A stretch of 64,000 nucleotides of DNA from an uncultured Chloroflexia bacterium. Its GTDB lineage: Bacteria; Chloroflexota; Dehalococcoidia; SM23-28-2. A model generated the notes under the pieces. That model was not told the origin of the DNA. It did not search any database and was given only the letters and a program-made list of their open reading frames with translations. A program made the position numbers and the translations under genes. The stretch covers positions 1,979,877 to 2,043,876 of the forward strand of contig OY969584.1 of assembly GCA_963701285.1 (NCBI GenBank). The letters are read 5' to 3'. Below, in pieces: positions 1 through 10,134 of this stretch (positions within the stretch are counted from its first letter, which is position 1; each line of letters starts with the position of its first letter).

Positions 1-314
1 CCCGGCGGGATGGGCGCGCCGGTCATGATGCGCACCGCCTGGCCCGGGCCCACCCCGCCCTCGAAGAGATAGCCGGCCGCCAGTTCGCCCACAACCTCCA
101 GCTCCACCGGCGACGAAGCCGAGGCGCCGGCGGTGGCGGCCGCCTGCACGGCATAACCGTCCATGGCGGTGTTGTCCAGAGGAGGAATGCTGAAGGGGGA
201 GACTACGTCCTCGGCCAGTACCTGGCCCATGGCCTGGAGGATGGGCTTCTCCTCCGGCTCGAGGACACTGACGTAGCTCAGGATGCGCTCTAGCGCTTCG
301 TCGACGCTGATCAT
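1..314 (-). CDS. moeA: molybdopterin molybdotransferase MoeA, N-terminal ~104 aa (partial; runs off the window edge)
   Basis: Minus-strand translation MISVDEALERILSYVSVLEPEEKPILQAMGQVLAEDVVSPFSIPPLDNTAMDGYAV... matches the MoeA N-terminus. ATG at 314..312 with GGAGG 11 nt upstream. Absent from the ORF track because it runs off the edge. Confidence 0.7.
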   Translation of the reverse strand, partial: MISVDEALERILSYVSVLEPEEKPILQAMGQVLAEDVVSPFSIPPLDNTAMDGYAVQAAATAGASASSPVELEVVGELAAGYLFEGGVGPGQAVRIMTGAPIPP

Positions 315-431
315 GCTGGCCGCCGCCTCCCAACTTCCGTAGCCGCCAGGCCAATGCCAGCCAGGCGTCTGTATCCGCTGACAGATGCTATCTTAGCAGC
401 TCTGGTGGCCGACGAGGGCGGCCAATGGAGG

Positions 432-683
432 CTAGCTAAGTCGGACGACGAGGCAAGTGGTAGTGCGCTGCACGCCGTCCACCTGCTGGATGCCGTCGGT
501 GATGCCGGTGCCCAGATGGTCCAGGTCGTCGGCCTCCAGCAAAGCGATGACGTCGTAGGGGCCGGTGACGGCGTCCACGTTCACGATCCGGGCGTTGGTA
601 AAGCCCATCTTGGAGATACCCTCGGCCACCGGCTTGGCCTTGCCCACCGCCGCCTCGATGAGGACGTACGCTCGTGTCGCCAT
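432..683 (-). CDS. stand-alone Lrp/AsnC-type ligand-binding (RAM) domain protein, 83 aa
   Basis: MATRAYVLIEAAVGKAKPVAEGISKMGFTNARIVNVDAVTGPYDVIALLEADDLDHLG has the typical AsnC C-terminal domain pattern. ATG at 683 preceded by GGAGA 9 nt upstream. The longer track ORF starts at a TTG. Confidence 0.55.
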   Translation of the reverse strand: MATRAYVLIEAAVGKAKPVAEGISKMGFTNARIVNVDAVTGPYDVIALLEADDLDHLGTGITDGIQQVDGVQRTTTCLVVRLS

Positions 684-810
684 AGCCTGTCTCCTCTCTC
701 TGCCGATCACCGGCGTTGCCTGAAAATCATATCGCGGCTGCCAGGCTTGTCAAGACAGCGAATCTCAAGAATGGCTCGCCGGGCTCGAGTCCGCCCCAGG
801 CGGGGCGCCG

Positions 811-841
811 TTGACCGTCATGCGCCTGCTGATAGTATAAT
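811..841 (+). promoter_or_regulatory. candidate sigma70 promoter for pheST (TTGACC -35; TAGTAT/TATAAT -10)
   Basis: TTGACC at 811-816 and TATAAT at 836-841 (or TAGTAT at 833-838, 16-nt spacer), 25-30 nt upstream of the pheS ATG. Confidence 0.35.
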
Positions 842-866
842 AGCCACCGCCGACCCCGGAGAGCTT

Positions 867-1916
<1,050 letters not shown>

Positions 1917-1925
1917 GGTGGCCCG

Positions 1926-4331
1926 GTGAAAGTACCCCTCAAATGGCTGGCCGACTACGTTGACATAACCTTGCCGCCCCGGGAACTGGCCCACCGCCTC
2001 ACTATGGCCGGCAACGAGGTGAGCGAGGTGCTCACGACGGCCCGCGAGTGGGAGAGCATCAGCGTGGCCGAGGTGGTCGACGTCTCGCCTCACCCGAACG
2101 CCGACCGCCTGCGGCTGGCCACTGTGGACCTGGGCGGCGACCGCACCACGGTGGTCTGCGGTGCCCCCAACGTCGCGGCCGGGCAGAAGGTAGCGTTCGC
2201 CCGCGTGGGCGCTCGCCTCATCGACGGCCACAGCGGGCAGGCGCTTGTCCTGAAGGCGGCCCGAATCCGCGGCGTGGAGTCGGCGGGGATGGTCTGTTCG
2301 GAGAAGGAGCTGGGCCTCTCCGACTACCACGAGGGCATCCTGGTGCTGCCGGACGATGCCCCCATCGGCACAGCCCTGGCCGACTACCTGGGCGACACCG
2401 TCCTCGACCTGGACGTTACGCCCAACCGGCCCGACTGCCTTTCTGTGCTGGGCATCGCCCGCGAGGTGGCCGCCCTCACGGGCCAGACCGTCCACGACCC
2501 GCCTCTCGATTACTTCGAGGAGGGCCGCCCGGCCAAGGAGCGGATGAAGATCGAGATAGCCGACCGCCATCTCTGCCCCCGCTACTGTGCCACCCTCATC
2601 GAGCGCGTCCGCATTGGCCCGTCGCCGCCGTGGCTGCAGGAGCGCCTGCTGGCGGCGGGCCTGCGGCCTATCAGCAACGTCGTGGACGCCACCAATTACG
2701 TCATGATGGAGCTGGGGCAACCGCTGCACGCCTTTGACTTCTCCCGCCTCCGTGGGCGCCAGATAATCGTCCGGCGGACGCGACCGGCGGAGACGATCAC
2801 CACCCTGGACGGCTCCGTGCGACCCCTGGCGCCGGACATGCTGGTCATCGCCGACGCCGAGGGGGCCGTGGCGGTGGCCGGCGTCATGGGCGGCGCCGCC
2901 AGCGAGGTGAGCGAAGCGACGACCACCATCCTGCTGGAGTCGGCCAACTTCAATGCCGCCAGCCTGCGCCGCACCAGCGCCGCCCTGAAGCTCCGCACCG
3001 ACGCCTCCCAGCGCTTCGAGAAGGGCCTCAGCCCCGAGCTGGCGATGGTGGGCGTGCGCCGGGCGACGCGCCTCATTCTGGAGCTCGCCGGCGGCCGCGC
3101 CGCCCCCGGCGTCATCGATGTCTATCCCGGCAAGCAGCGCGTGACCCGCATCACCGTGACCCAGGACCGCTTGCGTAGGGTGCTGGGGGTGCAGCTGCCT
3201 GTCTCGCAGGTGCGCCATGCCCTGACTGGCCTCGGCTTCGGTTGCCGCTGGCTGCCGCCCGACCGCTACGTCGTGCGCGTGCCCTACTGGCGCACCGATG
3301 TCCGCATCCCGGACGACGTCGCCGAGGAGCTGGCTCGCATCATCGGCTACGATGAGCTGCCCACCGCTGCCTTGGCCGGCGTCATCCCCGCCGCCACCCC
3401 CCAACCCACCCGCGAGCTGCGGGAGCGAGTCCGCGACATCCTCGTCGCCGCCGGCATGCAGGAAGTCATCACCTACAGCCTCACCGATTGCGAGAGCCTG
3501 GCCAATGTCCTTCCACCCGAGGAGCTGGCGGGCCGTCCGCCGCTGCGGGTGGCGAACCCCATGAGCCGCCAGCAGGAGTACCTGCGCACCACCCTTCGCG
3601 CGTCCCTGCTGGAGACGCTGGCCGCCAACCTGCGCCATCGCCAAGGCCGGCTGGTCGCACTGTTCGAGACGGCTCGCGTCTTCCTGCCGCGCCCGGACGA
3701 CCTGCCGCAAGAGGTGGAGTGCCTGGCAGCGGTGCTCAGCGGCAGCCGCCCCGATCGCTGGGGTCACCCCAGCGAAGTGCCCGTCGACTTCTTCGACGCC
3801 AAGGCCTGCCTAGACCTACTCTGCGACCGCCTGGGCCTGACCCCGACCTACGTTGACGCCGAGGACTTCACCCTCCTGCCGGGCCGCTCAGCCGAGGTGC
3901 GCCTGGAGGACCAGCGGGTGGGTCTCCTGGGGCAGGTGCACCCGCGGGTGGCGGCCGCCTTCGACATCCAGCAGGACGTTTTCCTGCTGGAGCTGAATCT
4001 GGAGGCCCTGCTCCCTTACACCGGCAAGCCTCGCCGCTACCAGCCGCTCTCCCGCTTCCCAACGGTGGAGGAGGACATCGCCATCGTCGTGGACGAAGCG
4101 GTGCCCGCCGTCGACGTGCAGGCCGTCATCGAAGGCTCTCCCTTGGTGCGGCGGGCCACCCTGTTCGATGTGTACACCGGGCCGCCGGTGCCATCGGGCA
4201 AGAAATCGCTCGCCTACTCCGTGGCCTACCAGTCCTTCGAGCACACCCTCACCGACGCCGAGGTGCAGCGGGAGCGGCGCCGCATCTTGGACCGCCTCTC
4301 GCACCAGGTGGGCGCCGTCCTTAGGGGCTGA
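1926..4331 (+). CDS. pheT: phenylalanine--tRNA ligase beta subunit
   Basis: 801 aa from a GTG start 9 nt after the pheS stop. N-terminus MKVPLKWLADYV, B3/4 and B5 domains, and a C-terminal anticodon-binding domain. Canonical pheST order. Confidence 0.95.
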   Translation: MKVPLKWLADYVDITLPPRELAHRLTMAGNEVSEVLTTAREWESISVAEVVDVSPHPNADRLRLATVDLGGDRTTVVCGAPNVAAGQKVAFARVGARLIDGHSGQALVLKAARIRGVESAGMVCSEKELGLSDYHEGILVLPDDAPIGTALADYLGDTVLDLDVTPNRPDCLSVLGIAREVAALTGQTVHDPPLDYFEEGRPAKERMKIEIADRHLCPRYCATLIERVRIGPSPPWLQERLLAAGLRPISNVVDATNYVMMELGQPLHAFDFSRLRGRQIIVRRTRPAETITTLDGSVRPLAPDMLVIADAEGAVAVAGVMGGAASEVSEATTTILLESANFNAASLRRTSAALKLRTDASQRFEKGLSPELAMVGVRRATRLILELAGGRAAPGVIDVYPGKQRVTRITVTQDRLRRVLGVQLPVSQVRHALTGLGFGCRWLPPDRYVVRVPYWRTDVRIPDDVAEELARIIGYDELPTAALAGVIPAATPQPTRELRERVRDILVAAGMQEVITYSLTDCESLANVLPPEELAGRPPLRVANPMSRQQEYLRTTLRASLLETLAANLRHRQGRLVALFETARVFLPRPDDLPQEVECLAAVLSGSRPDRWGHPSEVPVDFFDAKACLDLLCDRLGLTPTYVDAEDFTLLPGRSAEVRLEDQRVGLLGQVHPRVAAAFDIQQDVFLLELNLEALLPYTGKPRRYQPLSRFPTVEEDIAIVVDEAVPAVDVQAVIEGSPLVRRATLFDVYTGPPVPSGKKSLAYSVAYQSFEHTLTDAEVQRERRRILDRLSHQVGAVLRG

Positions 4332-4397
4332 GCGGCGCTCGCGGTTGAACACTGCCGCCGGTGCGGTGCCTCGTCACACCGATCCCCTTGGACGTGA

Positions 4398-4422
4398 AGA
4401 GGCCCGAAGGGCACCCTTCGGG
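4398..4422. terminator. convergent bidirectional hairpin terminator between pheT and rplT
   Basis: ggcccgaagg-gcac-ccttcgggcc is a perfect 10-bp GC stem between two converging operons. There is no strong U-tract, which is common in high-GC genomes. Confidence 0.4.
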
Positions 4423-4453
4423 CCTGAATGAGCCCTGCTGATCTGGGGAGCCG

Positions 4454-4816
4454 CTATGCGGCGGTCAAGGCGGTCTTGGCGGCGTCTACCAGCCGAGAGA
4501 AGGCGACGTGGTCGCGGATCGCCAGATCGGCCAGCACCTTGCGGTCGATGTCGACGCCCGCCTTGTTGAGGCCATCAACGAACCGATTGTACGACAGGCC
4601 TTGCAGGCGGACGGCGGCGTTGATGCGGGCGATCCAGAGGCGCCGGAACTGCCCCTTCCGGTCCCTGCGGTGCTCGTAGGCGTAGTGGAGACCGTGGAGG
4701 AGCGACTCGCGGGCCCGCTTGAACAGGCGATGGCGGACACCGCGGTGACCCATGGTCTGGGCGATGACCTTCTTGTGCCTTCGCCGTTTGATGGTGCCTC
4801 TTTTGATCTTGCTCAA
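4454..4816 (-). CDS. rplT: 50S ribosomal protein L20
   Basis: 120 aa, MSKIKRGTIKRRRHKKVIAQTMGHRG...; canonical L20. Confidence 0.95.
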   Translation of the reverse strand: MSKIKRGTIKRRRHKKVIAQTMGHRGVRHRLFKRARESLLHGLHYAYEHRRDRKGQFRRLWIARINAAVRLQGLSYNRFVDGLNKAGVDIDRKVLADLAIRDHVAFSRLVDAAKTALTAA

Positions 4817-4846
4817 GACCCTTCCCCCCTGGGGCCTCGGTGAGGG

Positions 4847-5056
4847 TTACCTGGTGCCGTAGGGCAACAGGCGGCGTAGCCGCCGGCGGTAGCTGCGGTC
4901 CACAGGCATCGTGGTATCGAACTGGCCCTTCACCGCTCGCCGCTTCTTACGCCGCGCATTGTTGACGTGCGACTTGCGGCGCATGACCAGGCCAGTGCCG
5001 CTGAGATGCAGACGGTCTTTGGCGCCGGAATGGGTTTTCAGCTTAAGTTTGGGCAA
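4847..5056 (-). CDS. rpmI: 50S ribosomal protein L35
   Basis: 69 aa, MPKLKLKTHSGAKDR...RRLLPY; typical L35. Sits in the infC-rpmI-rplT operon. Confidence 0.9.
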   Translation of the reverse strand: MPKLKLKTHSGAKDRLHLSGTGLVMRRKSHVNNARRKKRRAVKGQFDTTMPVDRSYRRRLRRLLPYGTR

Positions 5057-5606
5057 CCTGTTGCTCCCCTGCTATCGCGTCGGGTTTGGGCATTTTCTTG
5101 TTGGTGGGCGCCAGGATAATGCTCAGGAACCGCCCCTCCATGTTAGCCGCCCGGTCGATGGCCGACAGCTCCTTCAGGTGCTCCAGCACGCGGTCCAGCA
5201 CCGCGCGCCCTGTCTCCGGGTGTGCCATCTCGCGGCCGCGGTACATCACTGTCACCTTCACTCGGTCGCCTTCCCGCAGGAAGCGCTCCGCCAGGCGCAC
5301 CTTGCGCTCCATATCGTGCCCACTAATGTGAGGCCGCATCCGCACCTCGTGGACCATGAGCCCCTTCTGGTGCTTGCGGCCCTCGCGCTCCTTCTTGGCC
5401 TGCTGATAACGCCACGTGCCGAAGTCCAGCAGGCGACAGACAGGAGGAGACCCGTGTGGATCGACCTCTACCAGATCGAGGTCGCGTTCCTTGGCGGCGG
5501 TCAAGGCTTGGGCGATAGGCAGTACGCCCAGGTTCTCGCCCCCGTCCCCGATTACCCGAACCTCTCTTGCCCTGATCCGTTCGTTTATACGAAAATCGCG
5601 CGGTAT
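5043..5606 (-). CDS. infC: translation initiation factor IF-3, non-AUG (AUA) initiation inferred
   Basis: The track ORF begins at an internal TTG. Extending the frame upstream gives INERIRAREVRVIGDGGENLGVLPIAQALTAAKERDLDLVEVDP, the conserved IF3 N-domain, with no in-frame ATG/GTG/TTG before an upstream stop. ATA at 5606..5604 has GAGGA 7 nt upstream. A second ATA at 5588 is an alternative start. Confidence 0.85.
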   Translation of the reverse strand: MPRDFRINERIRAREVRVIGDGGENLGVLPIAQALTAAKERDLDLVEVDPHGSPPVCRLLDFGTWRYQQAKKEREGRKHQKGLMVHEVRMRPHISGHDMERKVRLAERFLREGDRVKVTVMYRGREMAHPETGRAVLDRVLEHLKELSAIDRAANMEGRFLSIILAPTNKKMPKPDAIAGEQQVAQT

Positions 5607-5680
5607 ACCGGCATCCTCGCGAAATGAACTCTCTGTTCCGTCACTGGTAGGCTAAACTATACCACACGTGTCAACGCCTT

Positions 5681-6217
5681 TCAATCCTGCACCAGCAGGA
5701 GAAGGGCGCTGCCCTGCTCCACCCGCTGCCCTTGGGAAACGTACACCTCCCGAACTTGCCCGGAGCGCAGGGCCCGCAGTTCATTGTTCATCTTCATCGC
5801 CTCGATGAGCATGAGAACGTCGCCCGCCTGAACGGCATCGCCCGCTGCAACGTACATCTCCTGTACTAGGCCAGTCATCGGCGACAGCAGAACCCAGCCG
5901 CCGGCGTCACCGGGCCTCTCGTGCAGCGTGTGACCCGCCGGCAGTGGAGCAGCCGCCGCCGGTCGGCCCGACCGCTCCCGCAGGACGGTGTAGCGCTGAG
6001 TGCCGATGACGATGTCGAAGCCGCCGCTGCGCTCCTCGGCGAAGAACTCGTGCGGCCGGTCGTCGACGATGAGCGAGAACAGAGCGGAGTGACCGATCTG
6101 CTCCAGGCTTGTGGAGTGCCACTTGTCGTTGATGCGGACGCGGATGCCTGCGGGCCCCTCCTCGATCTCCACTTCGGTCAGAGAGTCGCCCAGGCGCATC
6201 AAGTATCTCTCTGCCAT
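5681..6217 (-). CDS. biotin carboxyl carrier-type protein (biotinyl domain with AMKM motif) with an uncharacterised ~100-aa N-terminal domain
   Basis: C-terminal ...EAMKMNNELRALRSGQVREVYVSQGQRVEQGSALLLL is a biotin attachment domain. ATG at 6217 with GGAGAGGA upstream. Overlaps the accC stop by 19 nt. Confidence 0.75.
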   Translation of the reverse strand: MAERYLMRLGDSLTEVEIEEGPAGIRVRINDKWHSTSLEQIGHSALFSLIVDDRPHEFFAEERSGGFDIVIGTQRYTVLRERSGRPAAAAPLPAGHTLHERPGDAGGWVLLSPMTGLVQEMYVAAGDAVQAGDVLMLIEAMKMNNELRALRSGQVREVYVSQGQRVEQGSALLLLVQD

Positions 6218-7728
6218 GCCATCCTCTCCAGCCCCCACCCACTGTCGGGGCGGCCCTGAGAGCGCCAGGCGTTGGCGCTCGCGCCCGTCGCAGGTGCCGT
6301 CGCCTTGGGGGCCTCTCGCCGGCGGTGGTAGGTCAACACGGCCGCCGCCACCAGCGCGATCTTCTCGTCCCTAAGAGGGTCGTGCTTATGCAGACGGAAG
6401 TGCTTCTCCACGAACGCCGTGTCCAGCCGGCCGGCCACGAAGTGCGGGTTGCTCATGACCTGAAGGTGAAAGGGGATGTTGGTGCTGACGCCGACGATCT
6501 TGAACTCCAGGAGGGCGCGGCGCATGCGTTGAATGGCCTCGTCGCGCGTACGGCCCCAGGTGCAGAGCTTGGCGATGAGGGGATCGTAGTAGTACGGGAT
6601 GTCTATTCCATTGTAGAGAGCGCTGTCCACCCGCACGCCGGGGCCCCCCGGCTCGCTGACGAAGCTGACCTTGCCCGTGGAAGGGAGGAAGTCGTTGAAC
6701 GGGTCCTCGGCGGCGATGCGGCACTCGATGGCCCAGCCGCGGACCCGGATGTGCCCCTGCCGATAGGGCAAGGGCTCGCCAGCGGCCACGAGGATCTGGT
6801 CCGCCACCAGGTCCACGCCCGTCACCAGCTCCGTCACCGGGTGCTCCACCTGAAGCCGGGTATTCATCTCCAGGAAGCTGGCGTGCCCCTCCTGGTCGAG
6901 CAGGAACTCCACAGTCCCTACGCTGGTATAGTTGGCGGCCCTCACGGCGACGCGGGCCTTCTCCATCAGGCGCAGACGAAGGCCGGCATCGACGGCCGTC
7001 GACGGCGCCTCCTCGATCATCTTCTGGTAGCGCCGCTGAATAGAGCACTCCCTCTCGCCCAGGGTCACGCTTGTCCCGTGCTGGTCGGCGATGACCTGCA
7101 CCTCGATATGACGCACCGGCTCTAGGAACTTCTCCAGGTAGAGAGCCCCGTAGCCAAAGGCCGCCCCCGCCTCGCGGCTGGCGGCCTCCAGGGCGGTATG
7201 CAGTTCGTCCTCGCGGTAGACCGCGCGGATGCCCTTGCCACCGCCTCCGCCTGCCGCCTTCACCAGGATGGGAAAGCCCATGCGGGTGGCGGCCACGTGA
7301 GCCGTGTCCGCGGACGGCAGCGCCTCGGTGCCGGGCACCACCGGTATGCCCGCCTCCTGCATCAGGCGGCGGGCGTGGATCTTGTCGCCCAGCAGGCGGA
7401 TGGACTCAGGCGTGGGGCCAACGAAGGTGATGCCAGCGTCGCGGCAGGCCTGGGCGAAGTCGGCGTTTTCGGCCAGGAACCCGTAGCCGGGGTGGAGGGC
7501 GTCCACCTTGGCCTTCTTGGCGATCCGCAGGATCTTCGTCGCGTTGAGGTAGCTTTCCTTGGCCGGCGCCGCGCCCAGGAGGTAGGCCTCATCGGCGTAG
7601 CGCACGTGCAGGGAGTCGCGGTCGACATCCGAGTAGACGGCCACGCCGGTGATGCCCAACTCGCGGCAGGCCCGCAGCACCCGCAGGGCGATCTCGCCCC
7701 GGTTGGCCACTAGCAGCTTCTTAAGCAT
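6199..7728 (-). CDS. accC: acetyl-CoA (biotin-dependent) carboxylase, biotin carboxylase subunit
   Basis: 509 aa, MLKKLLVANRGEIALRVLRACRELGI..., ATP-grasp biotin carboxylase throughout. Carries a ~60-aa C-terminal extension. Confidence 0.9.
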   Translation of the reverse strand: MLKKLLVANRGEIALRVLRACRELGITGVAVYSDVDRDSLHVRYADEAYLLGAAPAKESYLNATKILRIAKKAKVDALHPGYGFLAENADFAQACRDAGITFVGPTPESIRLLGDKIHARRLMQEAGIPVVPGTEALPSADTAHVAATRMGFPILVKAAGGGGGKGIRAVYREDELHTALEAASREAGAAFGYGALYLEKFLEPVRHIEVQVIADQHGTSVTLGERECSIQRRYQKMIEEAPSTAVDAGLRLRLMEKARVAVRAANYTSVGTVEFLLDQEGHASFLEMNTRLQVEHPVTELVTGVDLVADQILVAAGEPLPYRQGHIRVRGWAIECRIAAEDPFNDFLPSTGKVSFVSEPGGPGVRVDSALYNGIDIPYYYDPLIAKLCTWGRTRDEAIQRMRRALLEFKIVGVSTNIPFHLQVMSNPHFVAGRLDTAFVEKHFRLHKHDPLRDEKIALVAAAVLTYHRRREAPKATAPATGASANAWRSQGRPDSGWGLERMAWQRDT

Positions 7729-7832
7729 CGGAAGGCTCTAGAGACTTCCACGGATGGACGGCATGGCGTCGATAGTATAGCAACAATCGACGTGACCTGA
7801 GCACTGCCCTCAGCGCCGCCGGGCACCAGCGG

Positions 7833-9575
7833 CTACCGCCGCTCCCGCACCTCGTCCACCGCCCGCAGGAGGAACTCCTCGATGTGCACCGGCCCCAGGT
7901 CCTCGCCGCTGCGCGGGCGCACGGCCACCGCCTTGGCCTCCGCCTCCTTGTCGCCGATGACCAGCATATAGGGCACCTTCTGGAGTTGAGCGTCGCGGAT
8001 CTTGGCCTGCATTCGCTCCGAGCGGTCGTCCACCTCGACGCGCAGGCCGGCCGCCGTCAGCTCGGCCGCCACCCATTGGGCGTACTCCAGATGGCGGTCG
8101 GCGATTGGAATGACCACGGCCTGCACCGGCGCCAGCCAGAGGGGGAAAGCGCCGGCGTAGTGCTCCAACAGCACGCCCATGAAGCGCTCCATAGAGCCCA
8201 GCAGGGCGCGGTGCACCATGTACGGCCGGTGCTCGCGGCCGTCCTGGCCGATGAAGGCCAGCTCGAACCGCTCTGCCATGTTGAAGTCGAACTGGATGGT
8301 CGTGAGCTGCCAGGTGCGGCCGATGGCGTCGCGGACGTGAATGTCGATCTTGGGCCCGTAGAAGACGCCGCCCCCTTCGTCGACATCATAGGGCAGGTTC
8401 CGGGACTCGACGGCCTCCCGCAGAGCATCGATGGCCCGGCCCCACTGCTCGAGGTCCCCCACGTACTTCTCGGGACGGGTGGACAGATACACCTGATAGT
8501 CCTGGAAGCCGAACAGGCGTAGGAAGTAGATGCCGAAGTCCACCGCCCGCACGATCTCTTCCTCTAGCTGGTCGGGGCGGCAAAAGATATGGGCATCGTC
8601 CTGGGTGAAGCCGCGCACCCGCATCAGGCCGTGGAGGACGCCCGAGCGCTCGTAGCGGTAGACGGTCCCCAGCTCAGCCAGGCGCAGGGGCAGCTCGCGA
8701 TAGCTGCGCGTTGACGAGCGGTAGATCTGGATGTGGAAGGGGCAGTTCATGGGCTTAACGAAGTACTCCTGTCCCTCGAGGTCCATCGCCGGGAACATGT
8801 TCCCGCGGTAGAAGCCCAGGTGGCCGCTGGTCTCCCAGAGAGCCGCCTTGCCCACGTGCGGCGAGTAGACGATCTCGTAGCCGGCCTTGAGGTGCTCCTG
8901 CCGCCACAGGTCCTCGCAGATGGTGCGGACGCGGCCGCCCTTGGGGTGCCAGTAGACGAGGCCGGGGCCATACTCCTCGTGGAAGGAGAACAGGTCCAGC
9001 TCGCGGCCCAGACGGCGGTGGTCGCGGCGCTGCGCTTCCTCTAGGCGGTGGAGGTGGTCGGCCAGCTCCTCCTCCGTCTCGAATAGGGCGCCGTAGATGC
9101 GCTGGAGCATGGGGCGGCGCTCATCGCCGCGCCAGTAGGCGCCCGCCACGCTGGCAAGCTTGAACGCCCGCACCTGGCCGGTGCTGGCGGCGTGCGGCCC
9201 GGCGCAGAGGTCGACGAAGTCGCCGTGGCGGTAGGTGCTCACCTCTCCCTCCGGCAGCTCGTCGATCAGCTCCAGCTTGTAGGGCTGGTGGGCGAAGAGG
9301 CGGCGCGCCTCCTCCTTGCTCGCGATGGTCTGGACGAAGGGATGGTCGAGGGCGATGCTCTGCCGCATCCGTTCCTCGATGACCTGAAGGTCCTCCATCG
9401 TCAGCGGTCGCGGCAGGTCGAAGTCGTAGTAGAAGCCGGTGTCGATGGGCGGCCCGATGGCCAGCTTGGCGTCGGGGAACATGGCCAGCACCGCCTCGGC
9501 CATGACATGGGACGCCGAGTGGCGCAGGCGCTCCAGGCGCTCCTCCTTGGACAGCTCCTCTGACTTAGCGGCCAT
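7833..9575 (-). CDS. thrS: threonine--tRNA ligase (short form lacking the N-terminal TGS domain)
   Basis: 580 aa. Editing-domain HxxxH motif (RHSASHVMAEAV) and class II catalytic core. ATG at 9575 with AAGGAGGT 6 nt upstream. Confidence 0.95.
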   Translation of the reverse strand: MAAKSEELSKEERLERLRHSASHVMAEAVLAMFPDAKLAIGPPIDTGFYYDFDLPRPLTMEDLQVIEERMRQSIALDHPFVQTIASKEEARRLFAHQPYKLELIDELPEGEVSTYRHGDFVDLCAGPHAASTGQVRAFKLASVAGAYWRGDERRPMLQRIYGALFETEEELADHLHRLEEAQRRDHRRLGRELDLFSFHEEYGPGLVYWHPKGGRVRTICEDLWRQEHLKAGYEIVYSPHVGKAALWETSGHLGFYRGNMFPAMDLEGQEYFVKPMNCPFHIQIYRSSTRSYRELPLRLAELGTVYRYERSGVLHGLMRVRGFTQDDAHIFCRPDQLEEEIVRAVDFGIYFLRLFGFQDYQVYLSTRPEKYVGDLEQWGRAIDALREAVESRNLPYDVDEGGGVFYGPKIDIHVRDAIGRTWQLTTIQFDFNMAERFELAFIGQDGREHRPYMVHRALLGSMERFMGVLLEHYAGAFPLWLAPVQAVVIPIADRHLEYAQWVAAELTAAGLRVEVDDRSERMQAKIRDAQLQKVPYMLVIGDKEAEAKAVAVRPRSGEDLGPVHIEEFLLRAVDEVRERR

Positions 9576-9873
9576 GACGACCTCCTTACCTATCTAAAGA
9601 CGCAGCCCCTTGTCCCGTGGGACGAGGGGCCGTTCGTGGTTCCACCCACTTTCTCCCCCGACGCGTCGGAGGGCTCTTTGGGCCGCTAACGGGTGCCTCC
9701 GGGGCCGGCTACAGCCCGAATGGGGTTCGCCGGCCGGCTCCTAGGGGGTTTTCGCGGCGGCAGCGGGCGGGTGCCTTCCAGCCCAGGGGCGCCCTCTCTG
9801 GGGCCATGTCGTCGCTATCTGCCTGCCGGTAGGCAGGCTCGTCCTAGTCGTCGCCTTTATAGATATTCGGGAG
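9576..9873 (-). promoter_or_regulatory. putative T-box riboswitch leader of thrS (candidate Thr ACC specifier)
   Basis: 300-nt leader between tRNA-Val and thrS. Minus strand carries AGTGGGTGGAACCACG (core GGGUGGnACC-CG) at 9650..9634, followed by a 10-12 bp GC hairpin plus UCUUU (9630..9599), about 25 nt before the RBS. Confidence 0.5.
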
Positions 9874-9950
9874 TGGTGGGCGATAGAGGACTTGAACCTC
9901 TGACCTCAGCGATGTCAACGCTGCGCTCTAACCAACTGAGCTAATCGCCC
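9874..9950 (-). tRNA. tRNA-Val (anticodon GAC)
   Basis: Manual cloverleaf: acceptor GGGCGAU/AUCGCCC, D-arm GCUC-AGUUGGUUA-GAGC, anticodon stem CAGCG/CGCUG, loop UUGACAU, T-arm AGAGG-UUCAAGU-CCUCU, discriminator A, encoded CCA. Confidence 0.9.
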
Positions 9951-10134
9951 GCGAGTGCCCGCGCCCAGGATGGTATCAGAATCCGCCAAGCCGAGTCAAG
10001 ATTTGGCGATGCCTCTGGGCACCGGCTGTCCATCAGCTAGCCCCTGGCGCCAGCCCGAGACCGCCTCCCGGCGAGGCCCAACCGACAGCCAAGAGGTCAG
10101 GTGAAACGCGTCTGCTTCCCGAACCGCAAAATCG

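Noticed and set aside
354-866. N-terminal 171-codon extension of pheS in track ORF 354..1916
   Set aside because: No homology. It overlaps the minus-strand AsnC-like gene and the pheS promoter. The conserved PheS sequence begins at ATG 867.
9617-9944. Small plus-strand ORFs (9617..9832, 9693..9944) in the thrS leader / tRNA-Val region
   Set aside because: They lie antisense to a structured leader RNA and a tRNA gene, and are Arg/Gly/Pro-rich translations typical of GC-rich noncoding sequence.
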